The notes below the pieces were generated by a model. The model worked only from the letters and a program-made list of their open reading frames with translations, searched no databases and had not been told where the DNA came from. The position numbers were made by a program, and so were the translations under genes. From IMG/VR virus record IMGVR_UViG_3300035698_035310, positions 186,001-250,000 of that record: a stretch of DNA of 64,000 nucleotides, one strand, 5' to 3'. Positions 44,861 through 55,814 of the stretch are shown here, in pieces. Numbering within the stretch: position 1 is the stretch's first letter; each line of letters begins with the position of its first letter.

Positions 44861-45420
44861 TAGGGAGCGTGGCTGAAATGTAGCAAATCAGGTGTGTCAC
44901 GTAAGTTAATCTACTGAAAATTTGTTGCCCCTGCCTAAGTGGGTTAATTGGGTTTTATAGAAAAGTAGTATATAATATGTAGGGAATTTGCGAAAGAACG
45001 TAAGTGGAGCCGATACAAGTGATAGGAAATTAGACCTTGACGTGGACGCTAAGAAGTTTACAATCTGAATTTCAAAACAATTCATCGTGGTGATACTTAA
45101 CACCAGTAGAACAAATAACAGTAAGGAACGATGGAGCCGGATATCCATGCTATAAAAAACCGGCATACTTATTCGCCCGAATGGGCAAACAGTTTTGGAT
45201 TAAATGGGCGTAGCTCATTAGCGGTGAAGACGTAAGTGCTTCTTTATTAAGAAACGCATAAGTGACATTCGCGATGTCATGGGGTGAAATCCCTCAATCC
45301 AAATTTAACTATACGCAGGGCAATCCCGTAAGACGTAAGTGTTTCCAAATCACAAGACCTCCTTTCGTTAAATATTGTGATTGAATGAAGCCCCATCAGC
45401 ATCCAGCGGTGGGGTTTTGT
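44860..45420 (+). ncRNA. structured RNA, unit C, with a tRNA-like T-loop subdomain and terminator
   Basis: ATTCGCCCGAATGGGCA (45171) is nearly identical to 43571; 8-bp helix 45194-201/45296-303 enclosing GGGGTGAAATCCC; terminator-like hairpin 45390-45420; boundaries uncertain. Confidence 0.5.
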
Positions 45421-46102
45421 TTTTCCAATCATGCTCCCACATAACGACAAGATTATAACCCGAATCTTTAATAAGTGTTTCTTTTTTAAGTGTATTCTCA
45501 TATAGATGTTTGAACGGTTGTTTATTTGATGGATTTAGTTTGGTATGATCGGTGGTATTTGGATTACCATGCCAATAATCGCCGTGAAATTCATAAACCG
45601 TATTAGTCGTTGGATTATAACCATCCACTATGAATTGATTTATTTTAACTTGGCGATGATTTCTATCATTTGGAAGACCGATTGCATCAAGCCATTTTGT
45701 TTCTGATTTAGAAACATTATTGGTGCATTTTGCACAACCGCGACCTGATATATGATCTGTTGGGCGTTGCGTAAAGATACCATGTTTTTTGCATATTATA
45801 TTAATATTTGTTCGTTTATTAACATATATAGATTGTGAATAGTCATATTTACCACTGTGTGCAATATTGGATAAGATAATAAATTCATTCAATGTTCTTG
45901 TTTGTGTGATATTGCAACACTTATTGCATCCAATGCTACGTATATGATCGGCTGCACGTTGTTCAAATATACCATGATCGTCGCATATTATTTTTATTTT
46001 AGAATGTGAATGACTATATTCAACTAATGAATAATCATATACATCACCGTGAACGGCGATAGCTTCTTGTATGAATTTAGTGGTGGTTTTTCTTCTTGAC
46101 AT
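45368..46102 (-). CDS. free-standing endonuclease (DUF723-like repeats plus Vsr-like domain)
   Basis: YDYS.VEY....KIKIIC..HG.FEQ...DH...GC..C twice; VDGY...YEFHGDYWHGNP...MWEHDW. Confidence 0.85.
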   Translation of the reverse strand: MSRRKTTTKFIQEAIAVHGDVYDYSLVEYSHSHSKIKIICDDHGIFEQRAADHIRSIGCNKCCNITQTRTLNEFIILSNIAHSGKYDYSQSIYVNKRTNINIICKKHGIFTQRPTDHISGRGCAKCTNNVSKSETKWLDAIGLPNDRNHRQVKINQFIVDGYNPTTNTVYEFHGDYWHGNPNTTDHTKLNPSNKQPFKHLYENTLKKETLIKDSGYNLVVMWEHDWKNKTPPLDADGASFNHNI

Positions 46103-46207
46103 GTGTTATCCTTCCGGGTTATAAATACGTGTGGCGGTTGGATTACCTTCCGGTGTCCAATGTGATGAATGTTCGTAGCAAACATCACGCCGTCATTTTT
46201 ATTTATC
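46103..46207 (-). ncRNA. structured 5' leader of the endonuclease gene
   Basis: GATAAATA...GTGATG/CATCAC hairpin, ACC-GGAA-GGT GNRA hairpin, TATTTATA, GGAAGGA RBS; aligns with 58299-58402. Confidence 0.65.
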
Positions 46208-46673
46208 ATTATTTCCTTGACATATAATATCAAACTGGTATTATAATAAAAACCACATAGGAGATTTAACAATGAAAAAGTTCTGGATTATTTTTAGCAC
46301 TACGTCTGACCCAAGACGATGTTCGAAACCAACACGAGAGGCGAAAAAGCATTATGATAAAGAAAAAGCCTTGACTGAGTTGAACAGACTTGCTAAACAA
46401 GAACGAGGCAGAGAATTTATTTTGTTGGAATCTATTTGTTCTGCTGTTGTAACAGATGTTGCAATCACGCCGCATACCTGATGCAAATATTTTGGATCAT
46501 ATTTAACTTATCAGGCAATCCAGAACGGGAATCAAAACCCGCCTATAAGTTAAAGCAATACACCGATGAACAAAAAGCATTGGCAGAATTGGAACGCTTA
46601 TCAAAGTTTTATACTGGACAAAAATATGTCCTAATGGAAACCGTTGGTTATGCCGACAAAGATGGAGTTAAAA

Positions 46674-47207
46674 ATGCCAAAATCTAAAGGAATGATTCTA
46701 CCTAACCCAAATCGTAAGGCTGGCGACTTGGTTGTATATGGCTTGATCCCCACCGATCTACCGTCGTTGCGTGAACCTAATGGCGTTGGCTCTAAGGGTG
46801 GAAAATGCGCAGCGCATGGGCATCACGGGGGCGTTCAAATGCTTAAGTATGCCAATCATCCAGACGTCCAAGCATACATCGAAGACGGTAATGCACATGG
46901 CGCGGATTACTTTAATACGTGTATCACACTTGATGCACATAGCAAACAGATTGATTCAATCATCGAAACCGCACAGTTGTTGGGTTATGTTGCTGATAAA
47001 GTAACTGACCCAGAATATCCGTGGTTCGTTGATCGTGAGACTGCTAAGTGGATGGACACTGATAACGTTCAGATCATTTGGGACGTCCAGAAAGGTAACA
47101 CGGTTCTTGCTCTTCGTAAAGCAACGACGTTTGGTTGGTTGCTAGGCGACAAAGGTAATGATCCAATTTTTCGTGGGCTGGTTGGCGCACTTACATTAGC
47201 TGAATAG
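46674..47207 (+). CDS. Pth2-like (peptidyl-tRNA hydrolase II fold) protein
   Basis: LIPTDL...GKCAAHGHH...CITL...VTDP.YP...TTFG; GGAG RBS. Confidence 0.5.
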   Translation: MPKSKGMILPNPNRKAGDLVVYGLIPTDLPSLREPNGVGSKGGKCAAHGHHGGVQMLKYANHPDVQAYIEDGNAHGADYFNTCITLDAHSKQIDSIIETAQLLGYVADKVTDPEYPWFVDRETAKWMDTDNVQIIWDVQKGNTVLALRKATTFGWLLGDKGNDPIFRGLVGALTLAE

Positions 47208-47661
47208 AAAGGGCACATTATGACACTTAATGAATGGTCAACCATCTGCACAATCAAACAAGAGCCTTCATACCGATTCGTCGGCAATGAAGGCGTTGTT
47301 GCTCTACGCATGGAACGTAAGTGTTGGCTGCGTGTCAAAGGCGACAAGACATATACCGTAACCCCATTGGGTGAAGGAATTTACACTGAAAACAAAGACA
47401 CGTGGAACGACGAAAGTCGTTTCAAACTTTGAATACGCATACCAGAAGGAACGAGTAATGAATAAACAATATGAAGACGTCGACTTTGATACACTTAATA
47501 ACGAATTTGCGAACGAACGAATAAGTGATTTTCCAGATGGATTAATCAAAGATACGACAATAGTCGTCGATCAGTATGGATTTAAAATAAAAAACCCAAC
47601 ATTAGAAATCGAAGAGGATGGATTCATAACTGTATTCCCACCAATCATAAAAGAATAAAAG

Positions 47662-47700
47662 AAAACCCATAGGTCTAATTCAATAGCACCTATGGGTTTT
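47662..47700. terminator. bidirectional terminator-like inverted repeat containing the ATAGCACCTAT core
   Basis: AAAACCCATAGG/CCTATGGGTTTT between convergent genes. Confidence 0.75.
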
Positions 47701-47715
47701 TCTATATGGGTTCTA

Positions 47716-48366
47716 TTAGAATGTCATGCAATTTTCTATGACTCGAAGTTGAACATTTCCTAAACTGCGATGTCTGGTTTGTTTTAGGTTGAGTTTGAAT
47801 TTAATATCATCACTTTCTTCTAAGACTTTAGCAAACAGTTCGGGTTGCATTGTTAATCCAATATACAATAACCGCATAGTGCTTAATATCTTTCTTATTG
47901 GTTTGTCGAGTACAACTATTTCCTTGCCGGTAATAAGTGCGATAAACTTATCAAGGTTCATACAACCACGCACTGAGTTGCATTCGGAACAAGCCATAGC
48001 AAAGTTATGCTTGAAATTAGAACCACCTTTTGTCCTTGCAACAACATGTTCAACCGTGGCGCGGTTAGTGTCGTGGTGTGGAATCGCATCACCGTCGTCC
48101 AGTTTTGGATACCACATTGGGTCACCACAATAGCAGCATCTATGATTTTGTGCTTCTAATAATTTGATATTGCGGCGGCGGAGAAATCGAGTATTTCTAC
48201 CGCGTTTATTTTTACGCGTATTTTCTTTAGTTTTTTCTACGTTGCCACCATTAGCCGCATCATTCTCGAGACGTAGCGCACGCACTTCTTCGAGAGACAT
48301 GCCTTTTTCTCGCTCACGTTTGTGTTTTCGTTTTTCGGTTCGTCTGAGTTTTCCTAATGGTGTCAT
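47716..48366 (-). CDS. HNH endonuclease
   Basis: CCYCG...ATVEHVV....GGSN...N.AMAC.ECN..RG. Confidence 0.85.
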   Translation of the reverse strand: MTPLGKLRRTEKRKHKREREKGMSLEEVRALRLENDAANGGNVEKTKENTRKNKRGRNTRFLRRRNIKLLEAQNHRCCYCGDPMWYPKLDDGDAIPHHDTNRATVEHVVARTKGGSNFKHNFAMACSECNSVRGCMNLDKFIALITGKEIVVLDKPIRKILSTMRLLYIGLTMQPELFAKVLEESDDIKFKLNLKQTRHRSLGNVQLRVIENCMTF

Positions 48367-48419
48367 TACAAATCCTTTCAGTGGGGATAGTATAGAACCA
48401 TCCCCACTGATGTCAAGGG

Positions 48420-48959
48420 TTATCGCATTTGTTTATGAATCAGTGAACCACCGTTTGGCTTACGCTTACACTTAGGGTGATATCGATTTTCTGCGTTTGC
48501 AAGTTTACGCTGTCTTGGTATCACTGTGCCACAATCTTTGCATGTATATGTATGCTTTGCGACTTTCTTGCGTATTTCGTTAAGAATGGTAGATGAACCA
48601 CATCGTTTAACGTTCGTTATTCCAAGATCAAACATTATTACACGCCATTCTCTACCATGTGCAGCAATCTTTCTGCCATTGATATAAGAACCAAATCGTT
48701 CTTTGACGAGTATGTGTGCTGTTTCATGTAGCAGTGTGTTAATAAAATCATCCATTTCTTCTGGTTTCACTGCACCATGCAAATAATATTCGCTGGTTAC
48801 TTCGACCAGTTTCTTGGAATACTTACAGCAACCAAAGCGATTCTTTGCACGCCAATTGATTGCGAATTTCCATTGTTCTAATGCATCAAAATCATCACCA
48901 GCCGCGTTTCTAACACGATCTAATAAATCGAATTTTTCAAGATATGTAAGAAGTTTCAT
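48420..48959 (-). CDS. SprT-like zinc metalloprotease
   Basis: TLLHETAH...HGREW..IM...G; C-terminal YTCKDCG. Confidence 0.85.
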   Translation of the reverse strand: MKLLTYLEKFDLLDRVRNAAGDDFDALEQWKFAINWRAKNRFGCCKYSKKLVEVTSEYYLHGAVKPEEMDDFINTLLHETAHILVKERFGSYINGRKIAAHGREWRVIMFDLGITNVKRCGSSTILNEIRKKVAKHTYTCKDCGTVIPRQRKLANAENRYHPKCKRKPNGGSLIHKQMR

Positions 48960-50865
48960 GGTAGTTCCTTCCGTTTCAATAAGTGCATTAGATACTATAG
49001 TGTATATGATGTCAACACTTTATTTTCACTTGACACCATTGTGCAATCGTGTATAGTGATAATCCAAACAACGAAAGGAACCGTTATGTTATCAGAAGAA
49101 GAAAAACGTTTTATTGCATTTTGTGCCGAACTTGGCAAACTTTCCGTGAAACATGGCGTTACCATTTATTCATGTGGTGGTGTTACTATTCACGACGTGC
49201 CATTATTAGAAGTGCTTTACATCGACGATGTATCAAGTGGTGATTTGGATTCAGTTATTGTAGAAAAGGAAATATAATGCCAACACTAAACATATGGGAA
49301 TTACCGGACAACACTGAAGTTGTTTATATCGACGTTGAAGGAAATCGTGTAACTGGTCGATTGGTAGAGAATTATGGTTCATATTTTGAATTCGTGCCAA
49401 AAGACGAAGATGCAAGTATGATGATTATGCATGACGTGGTTGATACCGTTGTTAAAGTCAGCGCAATAAAAACGGTTTCATTTGATTTTATCATGGATTC
49501 GTTTGTGTCTATACAGGCACCCGAAGGCACTGATCCTGATACATTGATTGAAAAAGCGATGATTGCGTTTCATGATTTATTGGCTGCGAATCAAGCCGAT
49601 GTCATATTTGATTCAACCATTCCAACATCTGAAAACACCGACCCATATGGAAACAAGTTATGAAAATATTTGAACCCATCGAACAATTATTTGATGAAAT
49701 GGAAGAGACCGGCATTAATATTGCACGCGCCGCAATAAGTGTCGAACTGAAAGCATTGAATGAAATGTTTCCGCGTCATACGTTCATGTATGAAGGACGA
49801 CAATGTTTGGATTATGTCAAGGTTTCGCCGCCGTTGCTTGGTGAAGAAAAACTTGTACCTTGGACATTTTCTGGTCCTAATTATTGGGATGGCAGGGCGA
49901 GTCAATTCCCCGCAATACAAAACATGGTGGAACACTTACAGCGGATTAATGATATCCATACCGAGTTGACTGTAATTACCCGCCGCAATACTGGTGTAGA
50001 AGAAGTTTTCTAAACAAAGGGGTTGACATAGCCCCTTGACTTCCCTACTATACTGGTAGGGAGGGATGAGGTTTATTTGGCTGCGAAAAATAACTGCACC
50101 AAAATGAAATAAAGTATTGACACCTTCTATCCAACCTGTATAATACCCACAGATTGAACGAAACGACTTACCCCGAAGGAACGAACAAATGGCTGATTCA
50201 AATTTTGTAGCGAAGCGAGTAGATGCCGGTGTCCCAATATGGACAATATTTGCTTACGGTAGGGACATTGGTTCTGCTACGGTTTTCGATTGGGAAGACG
50301 AAGGCCCAATGGCAACTGTTCGTTATGGGTATGATGATTTACCAGTTACGTTTTCGGGTTCTTCTATACGCGATGTATTGGCTAAGGTTGGCGCATTTTT
50401 GCGCACCATTGATTCTGATATGGAAGGCGAAGCCGCCGCCGAGTATTATAGCGAAGTTACAGGACCAATGGAAGCGGCGGAGCGTTTAGCAGAACGCGGG
50501 TATCGGGATGATGACCCTATTTGGTAATAGGGGTTGACATTAGGAATTGGGTGGTCTATAACGCCCTGAACTTAACAAAGGAACAAACAAATGTATAGCG
50601 TATATGATAGTTCGAGAGACCCGCGCATGGTAATACCCGAAGTTATGGCACGGACTGTATTCGATAGTATTATCGGCGAGTGGAAAATTGCCAAGTTAAA
50701 GGGTGGCGAAACTGAACGACGGTTTAAAGTTAAAGAATCGGCGCAATTCGTATTCGATAAACTTGGCGGTTTTACTATTTGTTTTATTGAAGGCGACTTA
50801 ATAATTAAGGGTTGACTCGCCCAATCCAATAGGCTATACAATAGGTCAACCAACGGAGAGAGATT

Positions 50866-52374
50866 ATGCAAATACCAGAAATCACACTTTCAACGCAGCA
50901 AGTTAATATTCTTGATTGGGTTAAATCAGGAAAAGGTAATGTCATTATCGAAGCTGTAGCTGGCAGTGGTAAGACCTTCACATTGGTTGAAGCCGTTAAG
51001 TTGATGGTAGGCACTGTATTCCTTGGTGCTTATAACTCTGCTATGGGTTATGAGTTGAAGGAAAAAACCAAGGGCATGAAAAATGTTCGGGCTGGCACGT
51101 TCCATAGTGCAGGCTTTGGCGCACTTCAATATCGTTACGGAAAAATGCAAGTTGATGCTAACAAAGTGCGAGATATCGTTAATGGTATGGCGGAGGGCGA
51201 CGACTTGTTTGCTGTATACGGCAACTTCATTAACAAGATGGTAGCACTTGCCAAGGATTCCGGCATTGGGTTCTTTAATAAAATTAACGACCCTATCATG
51301 TGGAATGAACTTGTTGATAAGCACGACCTTATGGATCAACTCGACGAACACTTAACAGTTGATGTTGGTATTCAGTTATCAATGGACGTCTTAAAGGCAT
51401 CTAACTCTAATCTTAAAGTTATTGATTTTAGTGATATGATTTATCTTGTATTGTTAAACAACCTCCGCCTTTTCCAACAAGATTGGGTTTTGGTTGACGA
51501 AGCCCAAGATACCAATAGCACGCGACGCGCACTGGCAAAGAAAATGTTAAAACCCGGTGGGCGTTTGATCGCGGTTGGTGATCCTCGCCAAGCAATCTTT
51601 GGCTTCACTGGTGCTGATTCCGATGCGCTGGACTTGATCTCCAAGGACTTCGGTACAACGACGCTTCCTTTGACTAGCACGTTCCGTTGCCCTAAATCGG
51701 TTGTTAAACACGCCCAACAATGGGTATCACACATTGAAGCGTATGATACTAATATCGAAGGCGAAGTTATCAACGCTAAATTCGACGACGTGTTCGGTGA
51801 AAAATCCGAATATAAGTTTACCGGTTCCGATGCAATCATTTGCCGCCTTAACGCGCCTATCGTTGAACTTGCATTCAAGTTGATTCGTAAGGGTGTTCCT
51901 TGCCGCATTGAAGGTAGAGATATCGGCACACAACTTGCAGCACTTGCAAACAAGTGGAAAGTAGTCCGCCTTGACGCCTTACGCAATCGCCTTGAGAAGT
52001 ATAAGGAACGTGAAGTATCTAAGGCTATGGCAAAAGGGCAAGAACAGAAAGCCGGTAGCATTACTGACCGCGTGGGCTGCCTTAATGTTCTTATCGAACG
52101 CGCCGAAGAAAAGAAACTTGACGTTGCTGGTTTGATTGTAATGATCAAGGGCATGTTTTCAGACGCCCAAGATAAAACCACAAATAAGAACATTTTGGTT
52201 TTATCATCCGTTCATAAATCAAAAGGTAAAGAATGGCCTAGAGTGTTCTTGTTAGGACGCCAAGAAAATATGCCAAGTCCTTTTGCTAGACAGACATGGC
52301 AACTTTTACAAGAGGATAACCTTATCTACGTTGCTGTAACGAGGGCGATGGAAACGTTAATCGAAGTGGATTAA
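50866..52374 (+). CDS. UvrD/Rep-like superfamily 1 helicase
   Basis: Walker A AVAGSGKT; VDEAQD; VGDPRQAIFGF; TFRCP; SVHKSKGKEW; YVAVTRA. Confidence 0.93.
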   Translation: MQIPEITLSTQQVNILDWVKSGKGNVIIEAVAGSGKTFTLVEAVKLMVGTVFLGAYNSAMGYELKEKTKGMKNVRAGTFHSAGFGALQYRYGKMQVDANKVRDIVNGMAEGDDLFAVYGNFINKMVALAKDSGIGFFNKINDPIMWNELVDKHDLMDQLDEHLTVDVGIQLSMDVLKASNSNLKVIDFSDMIYLVLLNNLRLFQQDWVLVDEAQDTNSTRRALAKKMLKPGGRLIAVGDPRQAIFGFTGADSDALDLISKDFGTTTLPLTSTFRCPKSVVKHAQQWVSHIEAYDTNIEGEVINAKFDDVFGEKSEYKFTGSDAIICRLNAPIVELAFKLIRKGVPCRIEGRDIGTQLAALANKWKVVRLDALRNRLEKYKEREVSKAMAKGQEQKAGSITDRVGCLNVLIERAEEKKLDVAGLIVMIKGMFSDAQDKTTNKNILVLSSVHKSKGKEWPRVFLLGRQENMPSPFARQTWQLLQEDNLIYVAVTRAMETLIEVD

Positions 52375-52399
52375 CTATGGTTTTTTGATAAATACTTAT

Positions 52400-53134
52400 A
52401 TGGTAAAACGCAAAACAACAGAACAGTTTATACAAGAATCGACTGCAATTCATGGTGATGTATATGATTATTCATTGACCAATTATATCAATAGACGTAC
52501 CAAAGTAAAAATAATATGCACCGTTCATGGTATATATGAACAAACTGCGGGAAATCATTTATATCAAAAACAAGGTTGCTCAAAATGTGCCGGTGATAAA
52601 CAGGCATCGAGACAGCGAAAATCACTATCACAGTTTATTCAAGAGGCAACAATAGTTCACGATTCTTTATATGATTATTCGTTGGTGGATTACAATCATA
52701 CTGATATAAAAGTAAAAATAATATGCCCAACGCATGATATATTTAAGCAAACGCCGCATGATCATTTACATGGAAAAGGTTGCCCTAAATGCGTTCATAC
52801 TATATCAAAAGGTGAAACTAACTGGCTTAATCGCATTGGTTTACCAGACGATACACAACATAGACAAGTGCGCTTGCCTATGAATAATAATAAAAATCGA
52901 AGGGTTGATGGTTATGATCCATTAACCAATACTGTTTATGAATTTCATGGTGATTACTGGCATGGCAACCCCGCACGTTTTAATCTCGATGATATAAACC
53001 CAACCATTAAAAAACCATACAGACAACTCTATGAAGCCACCTTAACCAAGGAAGTGCTTATCAAAGATTCCGGTTATAATCTTGTAGTTATGTGGGAGCA
53101 TGATTGGAAAGCTCATCCCTCCCTAACAGTATAA
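52400..53134 (+). CDS. free-standing endonuclease (DUF723-like repeats plus Vsr-like domain)
   Basis: Paralog of 45368 and 57561; GATAAATA at 52387 just before the ATG, no structured leader. Confidence 0.85.
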   Translation: MVKRKTTEQFIQESTAIHGDVYDYSLTNYINRRTKVKIICTVHGIYEQTAGNHLYQKQGCSKCAGDKQASRQRKSLSQFIQEATIVHDSLYDYSLVDYNHTDIKVKIICPTHDIFKQTPHDHLHGKGCPKCVHTISKGETNWLNRIGLPDDTQHRQVRLPMNNNKNRRVDGYDPLTNTVYEFHGDYWHGNPARFNLDDINPTIKKPYRQLYEATLTKEVLIKDSGYNLVVMWEHDWKAHPSLTV

Positions 53135-55814
53135 TATTAAATTACTCGTAAAAAAGCAATGATTATTTTTATAATATGACGTAAATTACTTGTTGACATT
53201 GGTTCAGTTAGTTTGTAATATCTTTTTATCAGAACATCATACATTCACAAATGAAAGATTGAAAATAATGCCAACATATCGAAAAAGAATACTCATATCA
53301 GAATTCGCTGAACCAGAAATATTTTTTGAATATAAAGGTGTGAAAATATATCATACTTATACAGACAATGCTGAAACACTTTCATCATTGAATTTTGACC
53401 GTGATTGTAAAAGCAAGCGGTTGTTTACCACGAACAAAAAATGCGGCATGGTTCCCATGTTTGATGTTTATTTTGAAAACGATCTTCGTGTATGGGACAA
53501 ACAATCAAAAAATGAAACCCGTGGGGTGTTTAACATTCAAAACATTCCAAATCCTAAAGGGCATCATATTACGACTCATGCTGGTATTTCAAGAGTTCTT
53601 ATGGAAGCAATTGACACCGGTTGGATTAAAACTAATAAAACACCAGAGTGTATTCACGATTGTCATATACTCGCACATCCAAAATAATCACATCAAGGGG
53701 AGAAGTAAAACCTTTTCCCCTTGACTAACTTTAATAAGTGTGCTATGAATATATCATAATTGAAAAGGATACGAAAATGCATAACGCAGATGTTCTACAT
53801 AATGCCTTACTTACCGCAACGATGATGATGCGTAAAGGTCGTGCGTTTAAGATTGTTAGATATTCACCCAAACAAGAAACGGTTTATTATAGACCATTTT
53901 TCGCCAACGACCTGACTGACATACGCACTGACGAGTTGGATCACTTGTGCGACGATGATTCGATTCAGTTATTCACCACAACGCAACTCGAAACACAATA
54001 AGGAAAACCGATGCAAACTTATACCACCCCACGCTTAACGAACATAAGTGATACATTTCGCGCCGACGTTGCTGCGGGTGAATTAACTACATGGTGTGAA
54101 GAAAACAGTGTAGGTGCTTGGTTCATCCACGCCGTTGATCATGTGGAGTTTGAATTCCCCACAGATGCCAAACAATTTATGATGAAGTTTTGGGAGCTAG
54201 ACTCCTAAAAATCCCCCCGCATGTTCCTACGCAAGTAATGAAGACACTCCATGCGGGGGTTCTTTTTGTTTTGGCGCACCCAAAAAAAGCTCATCCCTCC
54301 CTATCAGCATAATAGCAGGGTCAATAGATAAGTCAACCATTATTATTAAAAATAAACCATTGACAACGGCTTTTGTATTTTATATAATATATAGATTGAA
54401 AAGGAGAATTGAAATGTCGCGCACTTATCGTAAGCTTCCTTATTGGTCAAATGATCCAAAATTAACACGTGAGCGAGGCTCCAAATGGACTGGCATGCGT
54501 GTTTTTGTTGCTCCTAATGGAAATGTATTCGGTTGGGATGATGAAGCCCTACGTAAAAAATCATCTAAACGTCGCACCAATCGCATTCGCCGTTTGATGG
54601 GCAAGAAAGAAATTGTTCTTGCCGTTGCTGCTATGGCAGAAGACGCAATGGAAGACCTCAACGAAATGATGGATTGGGAAGCCGAAGAGTATTGCGATAC
54701 ATATTACGACGAGTATGAATTGTCTGAATGGGCTGATTGGAAACAGCGTGAAATTGATGATCAAGCAATTGAAGAATATTATTTAAATGAAGACCCATAT
54801 TATTACGATTTTGATTATTAAGGGTTGACATCACTATTTGATTTCGTTATGATTCATCCAAGCTAACAACACAACATAAATCTTGAAAGGATTTAACTAT
54901 GGCTAATAAATTCACAATCACACGCACTTATGATCGCGATGAAATTATTGACACAGTTAATAAATCCATTGAACAAAACGGAACATATCATCAAATCAAA
55001 TCGTTGCTTGATACTTTATATACTGGATGGTTTTTTGATATAGAAACGGCTTGCGAAGTTGAATTGATTTTACGCGAAAAGGGCGATTTTATTCGCGAGT
55101 TTTATCAAGAACGGCTAGACGAAATGAATGCTGCCAAGAAATTTGACTTGGTATAACTATTCACTTAAGATAACAACACAACATAAATCTTGAAAGGATT
55201 TAACAATGTCTAAAACAATTTCCCGCGTAGACTTCATTGAACTTATGGCAGATGCTGCAATGCGACTTCCAGTAACACGCAAGCGCAAGCCAGAGGATGA
55301 CCCATCTGAATTCATCGACTTGTTTGATTATGATGCAATGTCAAACGAATGGTCGAAAGGTGTTCAGTGGCTTCGTGGCGTTGGTGATAGTGGCACTTAT
55401 AAAGTTCCGACACCCGATGGAACATTCAAGCGCGTTCCAATGCGAACTATTGCTGAAATGCCAGCGTTCATTCAAGAGATTGTTACCGAGGCACAAACTC
55501 ATTTGAATATCGATTCGATTGTCGAGATCGCTTAACTAATCTTTAATCATTCGGTGCGATACTTCTTTATGAAAGGAGTATCGCACATGATTGATTTTTT
55601 ATTATACTATTCACTTGGTGGGGTTGTTTGGTGTGTATGGACTGAAGTTCTACACCGGAAAGGATTCTTAGCCAGACTAGGGTTGATTGTATTCATCCCT
55701 TTTGTTGCAATCACTTTAATGTTGGAATCAATACGAAATTAGTTATTGACTCTTTTATTAAAAAATGGTACACTTAGTTATACACTTATTATTAACATTT
55801 GAAAAGGAATTGTA

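Noticed and set aside
44459-45166. Minus-strand ORFs 44459-44671 and 44906-45166
   Set aside because: No RBS or recognisable motifs, and they run antisense to promoters and structured RNA.
45194-45303. Second tRNA gene
   Set aside because: It has an acceptor-like stem and T-loop-like hairpin but no canonical D/anticodon arms or CCA; kept as a subdomain of RNA unit C.
43565-45420. Group I/II intron, tmRNA, RNase P or rRNA
   Set aside because: No interrupted host gene, and I could not find group II domain V, group I P7 core, tmRNA tRNA-like ends or RNase P conserved regions by eye; a covariance search is still needed.
46150-46190. Hammerhead ribozyme in the endonuclease leader (TGATGA)
   Set aside because: No CTGANGA/GAAA core, and the segment is not conserved in the 58.3-kb paralog.
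51441-52193. Long antisense ORFs (e.g. 51441-52193, 3260-3772, 38117-38407)
   Set aside because: Shadow frames of well-supported genes (helicase, membrane protein, rIIA).
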